Part shown: positions 20,988-31,847 of the stretch, one piece after another
Layout of the letters: the number at the start of each line of letters is the position of its first letter
Position numbering within the stretch: position 1 is the stretch's first letter
NCBI GenBank assembly: GCA_020348445.1
Contig: CP070751.1
Span: 3,184,341 to 3,248,340, forward strand
Direction of reading: 5' to 3'
Length of the DNA: 64,000 nucleotides
From: Thermoplasmata archaeon
GTDB lineage: Archaea; Thermoplasmatota; Thermoplasmata; GCA-020350865
The notes under the pieces: generated by a model
Database searches by the model: none
Seen by the model: the letters and a program-made list of their open reading frames with translations, nothing else
What the model was told of the DNA's origin: nothing
Program-made: the position numbers and the translations under genes

Positions 20988-21392
20988 CTATCTGACAATG
21001 AGAACTGGCCTGTTTGCATATCTTGCCACTTTATCGGCAACGCTGCCTAATTGGAACCTGCCGATTTTGCTGATACCCTTGTGCCCCACCACCATCAGAT
21101 CACAATCCCGCTCAAAACCCATTTTCAAAATCTCATCCGCGATATCTCCCTCCCTTAACACACCTTCTGCTACTATGCCCTTTCTTTCCAGTTCAGACAG
21201 AAGCTCATTTAAGGATTCTCTTGCCCGAAACAGGCTGACTTCCGGTTCTATATCTGCGAACTCCTTGATTGTTGCCGAGGGAACCACTGTGATCACAACC
21301 AGCTTATCCTCTGGTTTCATCAGATTTAGAGCATGGTCCACGGCCTTCTTCGCAGTCTCTGAGCCGTCGTATGCAACCAGTATCTCCCCCAA
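20988..21392 (-). CDS. Universal stress protein
   Basis: ILVAYDGSE, DLMVVG.KG, LGSVADKV..PVLIV. Confidence 0.93.
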   Translation of the reverse strand: MGEILVAYDGSETAKKAVDHALNLMKPEDKLVVITVVPSATIKEFADIEPEVSLFRARESLNELLSELERKGIVAEGVLREGDIADEILKMGFERDCDLMVVGHKGISKIGRFQLGSVADKVARYANRPVLIVR

Positions 21393-21518
21393 ATTGCTCC
21401 CCAGGGATTAATCCAAGTTCCATTACTTAATTGTTGTGATATAAGGATTTTGGAGCCTGATAGTGATATTTGACACTATGAAAGATTCATTTCTTCCATG
21501 TAATGGAGACTAGGGCTT

Positions 21519-21707
21519 TTAGTGGCGGTGTGTATGCCCACATCCGCATCCTGGTTGTTGGGATATTCCTAGATATTTTTCTGGATTTGCATCGAATGCG
21601 GTTTTGCATCCAGCCATACAAAAATAATAGGTTTTACCATTGTACTCAGATTTGTGCTGAGCTGTTGCTTCATCCACATTCATCTTACATACTGGATCAA
21701 CTGCCAT
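21519..21707 (-). CDS. YHS/TRASH-domain metal chaperone
   Basis: DPVCKM..YYFC..C..F..NPEKY; C-terminal GCGCGHTHRH. Confidence 0.9.
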   Translation of the reverse strand: MAVDPVCKMNVDEATAQHKSEYNGKTYYFCMAGCKTAFDANPEKYLGISQQPGCGCGHTHRH

Positions 21708-21733
21708 TATCTCTTCACCTCCTTTTGCGTCTT

Positions 21734-24337
21734 TTATGTCAATTTTGCGAATTTTAACGTTGCGGCATTGGTCACAACAGATAAAGAACTTGCCGACATT
21801 GCCGCCGCAGCAACTATGGGATTTAAGAGACCAAATGCTGCTATGGGAATTGCACCTGTGTTATATCCTAATGCCCAAAAAAGGTTTTGTTTTATCTTCC
21901 TCATGGTGAGTTTGCTGAGTTTCACCGATTTTACCACATCCATCAGGTCATCCTTTATTAAAACTATACCTCCCGTTTCTTTTGCCACATCAGATCCACT
22001 CCCCAAAGCGATGCCGATATCGGCCTGGGCAAGGGCAGGGGCATCGTTAATTCCATCCCCCACCATGGCAACGACCTTTCCCTCACCCTGGAGGTCTTTT
22101 ATCACTTTAGCTTTTTCACCGGGAAGAACATTCGCTATCACCCTGTCTATTCCGACCTTCTTTGCTACAGCCTTGGCTGTGATTTCGTTATCCCCAGTGA
22201 GCATGACTGTTTCTATTCCGATTTTCTTTATCTCAGATACAGCTTTAGCGGAATTTTCCTTGATCGTATCTGCAACGGCCACGATGGCAGAAATGCTGCC
22301 ATCAACTGCAAGTATCATGGCCGTTTTTCCCTCGGATTCAAGTACCTTCATGGTTTCTTCTATTTCTTTGGTGTTTATTCCATTGTTCTTCATCAGACGC
22401 CTGTTTCCAAGTAAGATGGTTTTTTCCTCGAAAACCACTTTGATTCCGTGTCCAGGAACAGCCTCAAAAAGTGATGGATCGGGAATGTCCAGGCCTCTTT
22501 CTTTGGCACCCTTTACAATGGCCTCACCCAGTGGATGTTCAGAGCCTTTTTCAGCCAGTGCTGCGTATTTCAACGCGTCATTTTCCGTTAGTGAATCTGT
22601 CACAATCACATCTGTAAGCGCAGGTTCTCCTTTTGTTAAGGTTCCGGTTTTGTCAAATACCACAACCTGTAGATTTCTTGCATCCTCAAGGTACTCTCCA
22701 CCTCTAATCAATATCCCCCCCTCTGCGCCTTTACCCACACCAACCATCAATGCAGTGGGCGTGGCAATACCTAAGGCGCAGGGGCATGAGATAATGAGGA
22801 CCGCCACAAAGAACAGTACTGCGTTTGCCCATGTCCCCACAATGATCCAGGCAATGAATGTCAGAATACCCGCAAGTATTACAGCAGGTACGAAGTATGC
22901 CGCGACTTTATCAGCGTATCTTTGAATTGGTGCACTTGACACTTGGGCCTCTTCCACCATTTTAACTATCTGCATGAGCATTGTCTCTGAGCCGACTTTT
23001 GTTACCCTGAACTTGAATGATCCGAGCTTATTAATTGTGCCACCTATGACCTCATCACCTGATTTCTTCTCAACTGGTATGCTTTCACCTGTGAGCATCT
23101 TCTCGTCAACCGAGGATGTTCCATTAATAACCACACCATCTGTGGCTATGGCCTCTCCTGGTTTCACCAGGACTAAGTCTCCTAGCTTTAGCTTTTCAAC
23201 AGGAACTTCAACTTCTCTTCCGTTTTTAACCAATGTTGCCATCTTGGGCTTCAGATCAAGAAGGTTTTTTACTGCAGCGGAACTCTTTCTTCTAACGACG
23301 TCCTCCATATATTTTCCCAGAAGGATGAATGCAATGATCACAGCCGCTGTATCAAAATAAACCTCGCTTTCTGTACCGGGAAGGATGTCATAAGCAACAA
23401 ATTGATCAATTACTATTATGGTACTATAAATATAAGCAGCCAGGGTTCCTATGCTGATTAGAAGATCCATGTTGGCCCTGCGATGTTTTATTGCTTTTGC
23501 GGCTCCAACATAGAAACTCTTTCCACCTATGAATATAATCGGTGTTGTGAGAATTAACATCCAGACTGCACCATTAAACCACGGTAGAAAATCAAATGGT
23601 ACCCATTCAATGATGGTAACACCTGCTGCAAGACCAATGAACAATCCCAGCCTGAATACACCCAGAAGGATAACTCCAGTTATTGCCACCGAAACACGTT
23701 TTTTCATATCCTGCAATTCTTTTTCAGGATCCTCGAAGGTCTTGGCACAGCTTTCCATACAGAAATAATAGGTCCTTCCTCCGATGACTCTTGTAATTGC
23801 TTTCCTTTTATCCACCTTCATTCCACAAACTGGGTCTATTGCCATGTACTTGGCTTCCACGTCCTCCTCCTTTGGCATGCCCTTCATAATAACCTTAGCC
23901 TTTTCTTCGATGGTTTTTAGCCCGGCTTCTTCAACCTGTTTTCTGAATGTATCTGCACAAGATTGCATGCAGAAATAGTAGGTCTTTCCCCCGATAACTT
24001 CCTTAATTGCAGTCTTTTTATCCACTGTCATGCCACAAACGGGATCTATTGCAGTATCAGTTTCAGATTCTGCTGTGGGGGGCATTTGACTCATGTCAGG
24101 GTGCATGTCATAGGCTTCGTACCCTGTTTTTTTCACAGTTTCCTTGATACTGTCCACATTAACTTTTTTAGGATCGTATTTAACAAGTGCAGTTTTATCA
24201 ACTAAATTAACTCCTGCAAAATCCACACCATCCATTTTTTTAAGGTCTGTACCGATAGCTGAAGCACATGAGGTGCATGTCATACCCTTGATTCGAAGCT
24301 TGACTTCTTTTTGCTCCTCTTTTTTCTTATTTTCCAT
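21734..24337 (-). CDS. copA: Cu(I)-transporting P1B ATPase with HMA and two YHS domains
   Basis: GMTCTSC, two DPVCGM units, TGES, CPC, DKTGT, SEHPL, GDGINDAP, YN..IP, MSASS. Confidence 0.95.
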   Translation of the reverse strand: MENKKKEEQKEVKLRIKGMTCTSCASAIGTDLKKMDGVDFAGVNLVDKTALVKYDPKKVNVDSIKETVKKTGYEAYDMHPDMSQMPPTAESETDTAIDPVCGMTVDKKTAIKEVIGGKTYYFCMQSCADTFRKQVEEAGLKTIEEKAKVIMKGMPKEEDVEAKYMAIDPVCGMKVDKRKAITRVIGGRTYYFCMESCAKTFEDPEKELQDMKKRVSVAITGVILLGVFRLGLFIGLAAGVTIIEWVPFDFLPWFNGAVWMLILTTPIIFIGGKSFYVGAAKAIKHRRANMDLLISIGTLAAYIYSTIIVIDQFVAYDILPGTESEVYFDTAAVIIAFILLGKYMEDVVRRKSSAAVKNLLDLKPKMATLVKNGREVEVPVEKLKLGDLVLVKPGEAIATDGVVINGTSSVDEKMLTGESIPVEKKSGDEVIGGTINKLGSFKFRVTKVGSETMLMQIVKMVEEAQVSSAPIQRYADKVAAYFVPAVILAGILTFIAWIIVGTWANAVLFFVAVLIISCPCALGIATPTALMVGVGKGAEGGILIRGGEYLEDARNLQVVVFDKTGTLTKGEPALTDVIVTDSLTENDALKYAALAEKGSEHPLGEAIVKGAKERGLDIPDPSLFEAVPGHGIKVVFEEKTILLGNRRLMKNNGINTKEIEETMKVLESEGKTAMILAVDGSISAIVAVADTIKENSAKAVSEIKKIGIETVMLTGDNEITAKAVAKKVGIDRVIANVLPGEKAKVIKDLQGEGKVVAMVGDGINDAPALAQADIGIALGSGSDVAKETGGIVLIKDDLMDVVKSVKLSKLTMRKIKQNLFWALGYNTGAIPIAAFGLLNPIVAAAAMSASSLSVVTNAATLKFAKLT

Positions 24338-24375
24338 TCCTAATAATCCTCCTCTATCCGCTCCAATTAAACTCC

Positions 24376-24846
24376 CTAACTTCTTATATCTTTTTTCATT
24401 CTTTGGTAATCTTCCCTTGTTATCTCGCCCCTTGCGTACCTCTCATCTATAATGGCATTTGCACTTTTTTGAAGGGGTCTATCAACTACCTTGTCTTTTC
24501 GGATTATCAGGTATATAACCAAAAATAGTATTCCTATCCAGGGCAGTATGACAAGTATAAACCATAAAAGGCCGCTCATTCCCCTTTCTTCTGCATCCTT
24601 ATAGACCAGGAAGGCAATGACAAGAAATACGAGCCATAGTCCAATCATCCAAAAGCCCATAAAGGGCATTCCCCACCAATCCATATCCATCATATGGCCA
24701 TCTTCCATGTGATCATCGTCTCCATCGGCTATTGCTGTCCCAGTAAATAGAAGAATAATACCGAGGATTACAAATGAAAATAGTAATATTGTTCTTACCC
24801 CAGTATATTTCTTTCTTCTTCTCATATTTTTCTCATATTCAAACAT
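24376..24846 (-). CDS. SHOCT-domain membrane protein with His/Met-rich loop
   Basis: DHMEDGHMMDM loop, TM helices, ERYARGEITREDY SHOCT motif. Confidence 0.8.
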   Translation of the reverse strand: MFEYEKNMRRRKKYTGVRTILLFSFVILGIILLFTGTAIADGDDDHMEDGHMMDMDWWGMPFMGFWMIGLWLVFLVIAFLVYKDAEERGMSGLLWFILVILPWIGILFLVIYLIIRKDKVVDRPLQKSANAIIDERYARGEITREDYQRMKKDIRS

Positions 24847-24974
24847 TTTATCTCCTCTATTTGTAATTCTCCATTGATTTATTTATATTTATTAAGTTTT
24901 CAAATTTATGTGAAGAGCATATACAAATTTCTTATAAATTCCTGGTATGATTGTTCTTCCAGGAGGTCATATGC

Positions 24975-25106
24975 TTAATGTCCTTCATAACCTCCACAAT
25001 AGTTATGTTCATTTGATTTGACCAAAATTTTCTTTTTTTTCTCGATTTCGTCCATATCGTCAATTTCTTCTTTTTTTCGGTTGTGTGAACCGCTACAGCA
25101 GTGCAT
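24975..25106 (-). CDS. Putative 43-aa His/Cys metal-binding micropeptide (not in track)
   Basis: Manual translation MHCCSGSHNRKKEEIDDMDEIEKKKKILVKSNEHNYCGGYEGH; SD GAGGTGA shortly upstream; first gene on the cop strand. Confidence 0.55.
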   Translation of the reverse strand: MHCCSGSHNRKKEEIDDMDEIEKKKKILVKSNEHNYCGGYEGH

Positions 25107-25233
25107 TTTTCTTCACCTCACAATATACATAAACCTCCCTCCCTTTTGGATTGTCGATATGTAAAATATAAAAAATAGGAGATTGAAATTGACAAACGTA
25201 AAGTTTAATTAGAGAATATTTTATGTATGTCTT

Positions 25234-25833
25234 ATGAAACTCGAAAAAGTTGATGTAGAAATCCTTAAAATCCTTGAAAAGGACGGCAGGGCCTCTTTTA
25301 GAGATATTGCCAAGAAGGTTGGTGTCACAACTCCCACGGTGAGCAACAAGGTCAGCATGTACGAGCAGATGGGAATAATAAAAGGTTTCAGTGTAAATGT
25401 TGACACAGAAGCCTTAGGTGAAATAAGTATTCTTTTATCTGTAAAATGCAAACCCTCGGATGTCCCCAAAACAGCCGAGAAATTAAAAGAAGCAGAAGAA
25501 GTACGAGAGGTGTACATAGTTGGGGGTTCCTGGATTTGGGCTAAGGTCACATTAATTGATAACACCCATTTGAACCAGTTCATCTCGGAACTCACGAAAA
25601 TGGAGAAAATCCTCGATTACGAATACAAGACCATTGTTAGCACCATAAAAGAGGAGTCCAGAGCGGTTTTGTCTGAGGGTGTTAACGCCGTTTTGAGCTG
25701 TTTCTACTGCCGAAAACCCATGCACGACAAGCCCGTGAAACTGAAAATGGATGGGAAGGACCATTTTGTTTGCTGCAATACCTGCGCCAAGGAGTACAAG
25801 ATTAAATACGAGAAATTGAAAGAGGGCATCTGA
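25234..25833 (+). CDS. Lrp/AsnC regulator with C-terminal TRASH domain (archaeal CopR/CopT-like)
   Basis: DGRASFRDIAK HTH; CFYC...FVCCNTC; divergent from the cop genes. Confidence 0.88.
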   Translation: MKLEKVDVEILKILEKDGRASFRDIAKKVGVTTPTVSNKVSMYEQMGIIKGFSVNVDTEALGEISILLSVKCKPSDVPKTAEKLKEAEEVREVYIVGGSWIWAKVTLIDNTHLNQFISELTKMEKILDYEYKTIVSTIKEESRAVLSEGVNAVLSCFYCRKPMHDKPVKLKMDGKDHFVCCNTCAKEYKIKYEKLKEGI

Positions 25834-25869
25834 GGATGTGGCCTTATTGTAAAAACCGAGGGCTAATTC

Positions 25870-26754
25870 ATGTTCCCTGATCACTGCAAGGAAGTGAGTC
25901 TAAAAAGGGTTTTGTTCCCCCTTACAAAGGACAAAATAGAAGAGAACTTGATAAACAAATCCGCCTACAAGAAAACGAAGTTCATGGTTCTCAATAACGG
26001 TAATGACTGGGCTGTGGTGAGCATACAAAAACCGGAAGGCAAAACCCTATTTTCGAAGATAGAGAACATCGAAATAATTTCACTTCCCGATTCAACTAAG
26101 TACGTTGAGGATCCCAAAATCGATGTCCTTTCACCCACGAAAATGTTGGAAAAAGCAGAAGAAATGGGCACCAAGACCCTTGTTATAAAGGGTAAATTCG
26201 AGCATATTTCATTTATTCATGAAGAGAAGATGCAGCCTGTGAGGGTATTGGAAGTTGTGCCCCCAGAGCCTCCTAAACTAGTAGAATTGGTGAAAAAGGT
26301 CCTCTATTCTGGGAACGTTAATAAACCTGTGAAAATTGTGCCAGATATCCTTGATCTCAGCGAAATTGCCCAAAAAAGTGGGAAAAAAAAGATAATTTTC
26401 CCATGTCATTCCTCAGGACTTAAAGGTGATGGCGATTCCTTATACCTTGATCAGAGTCCTGAAATTCATGAAGATTCTGATGAACTGGTTCTTATAGGTT
26501 GTGATCTTTCCCTAAAGATCTTCAAGACTTTATATAAGAAAGAGCCAGAATTTTACAATTTCTGCCCCAAAAAAAAGATTTTAGAGCAATCACAGAATAT
26601 CCCCACTATCACAAAATGCTGCGAGCAAAAAGAGGGACATGAGCGTGTTGAAAATGTGGCAATCGTTCCTTGGGGGGCCACTGCAAAAGAGGTGGAGGAG
26701 GCGCTATTAGACATTTTGGGGGATGTAGATGCTCCGAGACCTTCACCACAATAA
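25870..26754 (+). CDS. Conserved Cys-containing hypothetical protein
   Basis: 294 aa with FPC, LIGC, FCP, KCC motifs; directly behind the regulator. Confidence 0.75.
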   Translation: MFPDHCKEVSLKRVLFPLTKDKIEENLINKSAYKKTKFMVLNNGNDWAVVSIQKPEGKTLFSKIENIEIISLPDSTKYVEDPKIDVLSPTKMLEKAEEMGTKTLVIKGKFEHISFIHEEKMQPVRVLEVVPPEPPKLVELVKKVLYSGNVNKPVKIVPDILDLSEIAQKSGKKKIIFPCHSSGLKGDGDSLYLDQSPEIHEDSDELVLIGCDLSLKIFKTLYKKEPEFYNFCPKKKILEQSQNIPTITKCCEQKEGHERVENVAIVPWGATAKEVEEALLDILGDVDAPRPSPQ

Positions 26755-26897
26755 AATCCTTAATATTTACCCTTTATCTGCAAGCAAAAACCTTTTAATA
26801 TGGCATTGTACATATGCTTTCCACACCAAAAAATCACCAAATTTAAGTTAAATAAAATCCAAAAAAACCTCGAATTTCCTGATTTGGAGGAGATAAT

Positions 26898-27419
26898 ATG
26901 GCGAATGAGGCTGTCGACTACAAAAGGGAATATGAAAAGGAGCAGGAGCGCCTGACCAAACTATGGGACGCCTACGAAATCCAAGAAAAAGATTTTGAAC
27001 AGGCCAAGGAGAAGATAAAAGTTCTCGAGGATGTAGTTGAGGAGAAGGAGCGAATAATAATCAGTTTGAGACAGGTTGCTGAGAACAGGGATTCGGAAAT
27101 AAGAGATCTGGAAATCAGGCTCTCTTCATTGGAAAGGGAAAATGCGGATTTCGAGCCAAAAATGAAGGAACTGGAAAAGGAATTGAAAAAACAGCGGGAT
27201 CAATTTGCTAAACTATACTCATTGGCCGAGGAATTGGATGAGGAACTGAGATATGCGAGAAAGGAAATCGAAATCAGGGACGATTGGTTCAGGGATCATA
27301 TAAACGTATTCAAAAGCATGTGCAACGCCATCTCATCCAGAGAGGAAATCGTGCGAGAAACAGCATTGAAAAAGTCAATTACATCTCCAAAGGGTGAATT
27401 TTCAGATTTAGAGATGTAA
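26898..27419 (+). CDS. Coiled-coil protein
   Basis: SD GGAG; heptad-rich, E/K-rich 173 aa. Confidence 0.8.
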   Translation: MANEAVDYKREYEKEQERLTKLWDAYEIQEKDFEQAKEKIKVLEDVVEEKERIIISLRQVAENRDSEIRDLEIRLSSLERENADFEPKMKELEKELKKQRDQFAKLYSLAEELDEELRYARKEIEIRDDWFRDHINVFKSMCNAISSREEIVRETALKKSITSPKGEFSDLEM

Positions 27420-27859
27420 ATCTTTCATATTATTTTACCCATCTTTGGGAATATATAATTGAAAAAAATACCTCTTTTAGTGCAGACTCTTAATCACATT
27501 GTAATGAAGAGAAAAAGCTCTTTTTTCCCAACCAAAGGGCCCGAACTATTACTCTGGCATGGAGATTGCGCTATTTGGGCACTCGTCAACGCATGCCTCA
27601 CAGTCCACGCATTCCTCTGGATCCACCTTGGCCTTCTCGTCATCACCGATTGCTATGGCCTCTGCAGGACATGACTCGACACACGTTGCGCAACCGTCAC
27701 ATTTCTCCTTGTCTATTAATACAACCATTTAAGCAACTCCTTTTAAGCGTTGGGGGGATGGATAATATCATTTATAATGATTTCTCTGTGCTTTGGGTAG
27801 GTTACATATTCGCAAACTATCGCAACTCTTATCCCTCACAACAATATATCTTGGATAAT

Positions 27860-28813
27860 ATGTATAAGATTCCTTCTATCCTCACTGCTGACGAGATCAT
27901 AGACAAGGCATTTAAAAAGGCGAAAAAGGTTCAGGTTGTTGTTAAGGGCAAATCCAAAAAAGACAACAAAATTGCTATAGCCAAGGTGAAAGCCGTGAAA
28001 AACACCATTTCCTCCTCCCTTAACAGGTATGTAAAATCCTTTCCAAGCTTTGATACTATACCTCCTTTTTATTACGAACTCTTTGATGCCTCAATCGGTG
28101 TTGATGCACTTAGAAAATCCCTCGGGGCTTTGGACTGGTGCAGAAAAACCATCGAGAATATCGCAGATGAGACCGTAGCTAAAATAAGGCGCTCTGATAA
28201 CAGGGAATATATTAAAGCACAGAGGACCTGTTTCTTTGGCAGGTCTTCATCGGTGATAAAGCAGATATCAAAAGACCTGGATTTTCTGAATAGAGCAAGA
28301 CGCAAGTTACTTTCTGTACCCGAAATATATCCAGAAAAACCCACCATTGTCATTGCAGGTGCACCCAATGTGGGTAAATCACTGCTTGTTACGCAGATAT
28401 CATCTGCCAAACCCAAGATCGCATCCTATCCTTTTACCACAAAGGGCATCTCGGTGGGGCACTTTGAATCAGAGGGAATAATCTACCAAGTCATAGACAC
28501 CCCAGGTCTTCTGGATAGGGAGATGGAGAAAAGAAATGAAATGGAACAAAAAGCAATTTTGGCCTTAAGACATTTGGCCAATATCATCGTTTTCGTAATA
28601 GACCCTTCAGAATATTGCGGCTATACTATGGATTCCCAACTTAGGATACTATCAGATATCAAAACGCGTTTTAGGGAAATTTCTGTAATCGAGGTGGAAA
28701 ACAAGGTCGACATCGTCAAATTGGATACCTCCCGTTTCAAAATCTCGGCTCTAAGGGGGGATGGTGTTATGGAATTGAAAGATATAGTCGTTTCGAATTT
28801 GAAGGGAATGTGA
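27860..28813 (+). CDS. NOG1-family GTP-binding protein
   Basis: IP.IL..DE..DKAF N-terminus; GAPNVGKS, YPFTT, DTPG, NKVD; start moved to ATG 27860. Confidence 0.92.
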   Translation: MYKIPSILTADEIIDKAFKKAKKVQVVVKGKSKKDNKIAIAKVKAVKNTISSSLNRYVKSFPSFDTIPPFYYELFDASIGVDALRKSLGALDWCRKTIENIADETVAKIRRSDNREYIKAQRTCFFGRSSSVIKQISKDLDFLNRARRKLLSVPEIYPEKPTIVIAGAPNVGKSLLVTQISSAKPKIASYPFTTKGISVGHFESEGIIYQVIDTPGLLDREMEKRNEMEQKAILALRHLANIIVFVIDPSEYCGYTMDSQLRILSDIKTRFREISVIEVENKVDIVKLDTSRFKISALRGDGVMELKDIVVSNLKGM

Positions 28814-28882
28814 AATTGGAGTATCAAACATGGGTATTTTCGTGGAAAAATTTAAATTGAACTCTTTCTCTCTACTCTTTTA

Positions 28883-30391
28883 ATGCCGGGCCGAGATTAC
28901 TGGTTTGACGAAGTAGGCGCTAGAGATAAGTATGCTGTTTCTGGTGACTGCCAGGAACTTGAATTCACCCACGGCATCGAGGTAGAGTACATCCTTGTTG
29001 ATAAGAACGGTAAGAAACTCTCACATGCTGAATTTGGGGAGATTTACAACTTTATTCTTACAGAATGGCTTAGAGATGCCTTGGAACACAACATTCCGAG
29101 ATTCTATGATGTAAAGACCTCTTCTTTGGAGATTGCACCTTCGAGAAACTCCACTTACGATGCCCTTTATGTTACCTATAAGGCAAGAGGTAAAAATGTC
29201 AGGGTTGAGCTAATATCTGTTGATAGAAATGTTGTGGAATGGCCCCTTGTGGAGATTGCCACTCCCCCATGTGAATCCTATTACGAACTGGGATGGTGGT
29301 CATCAACACTGTTAACCCTAATCAACTTTCGTCTCAATCAGGAAGGATACAAGAACCATATAATGCCATTTGGAGTCAATCCTTATGAAGAACTGGAGAC
29401 CATCACACAGACCGATTCGTTTCCCACATGCGGAGAGCATCACCATATAAAGTTGATTGATCCACAGACCATGGGTCTTGATGAAAGAGCATTCTTTACA
29501 AATTTTTACCATCTTGTAAGGTTCTTCACAGCGTATTTAATACTGCTTTCGGCCTGCTCGCCCTTTGCCTCTAGGGGATTATGGGGACGGTTTCGTGCTG
29601 ATGACCCAGAGATGCCTTTTCCTAGATGTGTGAGAAGTATTAGGGTCCTGTATAACAAGAAGCACCTTTGTAACTTCCAGGAGGGCGAATACATGCCCTA
29701 CCTCGAAAAGGGATGGCTGGATAAGAAATACTTTGTGGAAGAGTTCAAAGCACAATCCAATTCCTACCGAACAGACACCCATTTCCTTGATGTTGATCCC
29801 ATATCAAAGGCAAACCACACCACAGAAATAAGGTTCTTTGATTCGCAACCCAGTGTGGCAAGAAGAGTGGGCCTTGCCGTTCTCATACAGATGCTGGCCA
29901 GAAAGGCAAAGAAGCTAGTTGTCGAGGATGAGGACAATCTTCTCGAGGTTTTAAAGGAGCCAAATGAAACTCTGCACGCCCTGAAGAAAACGGCCTGTGA
30001 GGGAGGAAATTGGTTTAGACCTTCAAAGGATCCCATCTTCGGGGAACTCTCCGATAAACTCAAGCTTAAAAAATCGAGAATCGAAAAGAACATTCTTTCT
30101 GATCTGGCTTTGGGCATGATGTACATCATCAGAACAGAAATAAAAGAAAGCAATGTCATCTATTCCCATTTCTTGGATCCCATCCGTCATTCCATCTACG
30201 GAATGGATGGAAACGGCATCTCCCCTGCCCAATACTGGCTTTTTACCTATATCAACTTGGAACAGAACATAAATCCAGTTGTTGAAAAGATTCTCGATGC
30301 TTCTAAACGAGGAATGAATATGTGGTATGATCCAATTGTAAACGAACCGATATTCATGAACAACGGATTCAAAACTCGAGGTGATCGGTGA
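28883..30391 (+). CDS. Glutamate-cysteine ligase type 2 (GCS2)/carboxylate-amine ligase superfamily protein
   Basis: GIEVEY, VEIATPP, CGEHHHI, RSIR, TTEIRFFD match the ExE / E / GxHxH / R / ExRxxD catalytic set. Confidence 0.8.
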   Translation: MPGRDYWFDEVGARDKYAVSGDCQELEFTHGIEVEYILVDKNGKKLSHAEFGEIYNFILTEWLRDALEHNIPRFYDVKTSSLEIAPSRNSTYDALYVTYKARGKNVRVELISVDRNVVEWPLVEIATPPCESYYELGWWSSTLLTLINFRLNQEGYKNHIMPFGVNPYEELETITQTDSFPTCGEHHHIKLIDPQTMGLDERAFFTNFYHLVRFFTAYLILLSACSPFASRGLWGRFRADDPEMPFPRCVRSIRVLYNKKHLCNFQEGEYMPYLEKGWLDKKYFVEEFKAQSNSYRTDTHFLDVDPISKANHTTEIRFFDSQPSVARRVGLAVLIQMLARKAKKLVVEDEDNLLEVLKEPNETLHALKKTACEGGNWFRPSKDPIFGELSDKLKLKKSRIEKNILSDLALGMMYIIRTEIKESNVIYSHFLDPIRHSIYGMDGNGISPAQYWLFTYINLEQNINPVVEKILDASKRGMNMWYDPIVNEPIFMNNGFKTRGDR

Positions 30392-31847
30392 TTCAATGCT
30401 TATCCTAAAGGACGAGTACGATGTGATCCACAATTTCGTGCTACTGGATGCACATACGCACCTTAGAGTTAACAAGTTAGAGGGACTTGTACCGTCCGAG
30501 TTCGTCAGAAGGTATTCCAAAGTCGTAAAGGACGTTGTCCGCGATATCAAAAAGAGTCCAAAGGAGTATCGATATCATTTCCCATGGAAATTGAAGAATA
30601 TATCCACAGATTATTACCAATTCTGTCAGAGGGACATATATACAGTTTTTCACCCCGGGGAGGAACTGAGCAAAGCACCTGAAAAATACTCTTGCTTTGA
30701 CTTCATAATCAGTTTCTCAGCAAATCTAACCTCACCTCTTCCCCGAGATTACAGAAACGCAAATTCCAGGGTAAGGGAGACCCTGATAGAAAAATCTCCT
30801 GATGATAATTCTCCTCATAATAACTTCCGTTTCATAGGTTTTGGAAGACTGGATCCCAATCACAGTGATTCACTGGATACCTTCGACAACGTGTGTCAGT
30901 TGGGATTAAGAGGCTTAAAACTTCATCCAAAGGAGGAACAATTCGAGATAAATGATGCGAAAACAAAATATATTCTTAAAAGAGCGGCAAATAATAATAT
31001 GCCTATTATTTTCCACACACAAGATGGAATGGCCAGTAATATCGAGGAAGTGGTGAATGAAACAATTTCCGATTTCATCGATGCAGATAAAACCGACTTG
31101 ATACCAAGGCTGAAAGTAATATTAGGCCATGCCCCTTGGAATGGTGTTGGGAATAAAAAGTTATACAGGGCCCTTTCCCATCCAAATATATTTGGCGAGC
31201 TATCAACCCTGAAACCTGATAGCTATGAGGATTTCTTCTCTTCTGCAAAAAAAGATGTTAAATATGAGCGCATATTCGATGTGAAACAGCTGTCAGAGCT
31301 GGATAAAAAAACAGTAGAAAGGTTGTATTTTAATGCATTCGGTTACAACAAATTGAATTACTGGTCCAGCAAACTTATGTTCGGATCAGATACACCTTAC
31401 CCGCCCTCCCATGGAGCCACCCCTTTAATCAAACACATGCTTAGCAAAAGATTTGTCGGCAATGCCTCAGATATTCAGAATATACTGGCTGTTAGTGCTT
31501 TAAGGTTGATTCCCCCAATAGCCAGAGCCAATCCCCAAATAACCAGGGAAAAGGCCACAACAAGCGGACAATATCATCCTATGCAGCTGGAGATTCAAAA
31601 AAAGGATTCCAAAATCCTGGGTATGGATCCCATTCTTGAGGTGTTTCCGAAAGTGAGAATAAGCGGTGCTGTCTTCAGCTTTCTAAAGAATGGAGATGTT
31701 GGAAGCTATTTGTACAAATCACTCTTCAGCCCAAAGAAGCCATTGAATACGGTGATCCCAAATCCGATAAACCTGCCGTATTCATCCATGACCACCAGTA
31801 GAGTAAACATGACAAGGAACATCGAGATGAGCCTTGGAGAAGAGTAG
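30381..31847 (+). CDS. Amidohydrolase (Amidohydro_2-like TIM barrel)
   Basis: LDAHTH, GLKLHP, IFHT, ILGHA, MFGSDTPY; overlaps the ligase stop by 11 nt. Confidence 0.82.
   Translation: MIGDSMLILKDEYDVIHNFVLLDAHTHLRVNKLEGLVPSEFVRRYSKVVKDVVRDIKKSPKEYRYHFPWKLKNISTDYYQFCQRDIYTVFHPGEELSKAPEKYSCFDFIISFSANLTSPLPRDYRNANSRVRETLIEKSPDDNSPHNNFRFIGFGRLDPNHSDSLDTFDNVCQLGLRGLKLHPKEEQFEINDAKTKYILKRAANNNMPIIFHTQDGMASNIEEVVNETISDFIDADKTDLIPRLKVILGHAPWNGVGNKKLYRALSHPNIFGELSTLKPDSYEDFFSSAKKDVKYERIFDVKQLSELDKKTVERLYFNAFGYNKLNYWSSKLMFGSDTPYPPSHGATPLIKHMLSKRFVGNASDIQNILAVSALRLIPPIARANPQITREKATTSGQYHPMQLEIQKKDSKILGMDPILEVFPKVRISGAVFSFLKNGDVGSYLYKSLFSPKKPLNTVIPNPINLPYSSMTTSRVNMTRNIEMSLGEE

Noticed and set aside
21654-22925. 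423-aa plus-strand ORF
   Set aside because: Antisense shadow of copA; no motifs
25131-25233. Operator palindrome for the copper regulator
   Set aside because: Only short or widely spaced inverted matches in AT-rich DNA; not distinguishable from chance
27566-27859. Track N-terminal extension of the NOG1 GTPase
   Set aside because: Non-homologous-looking sequence; the family N-terminus begins at ATG 27860
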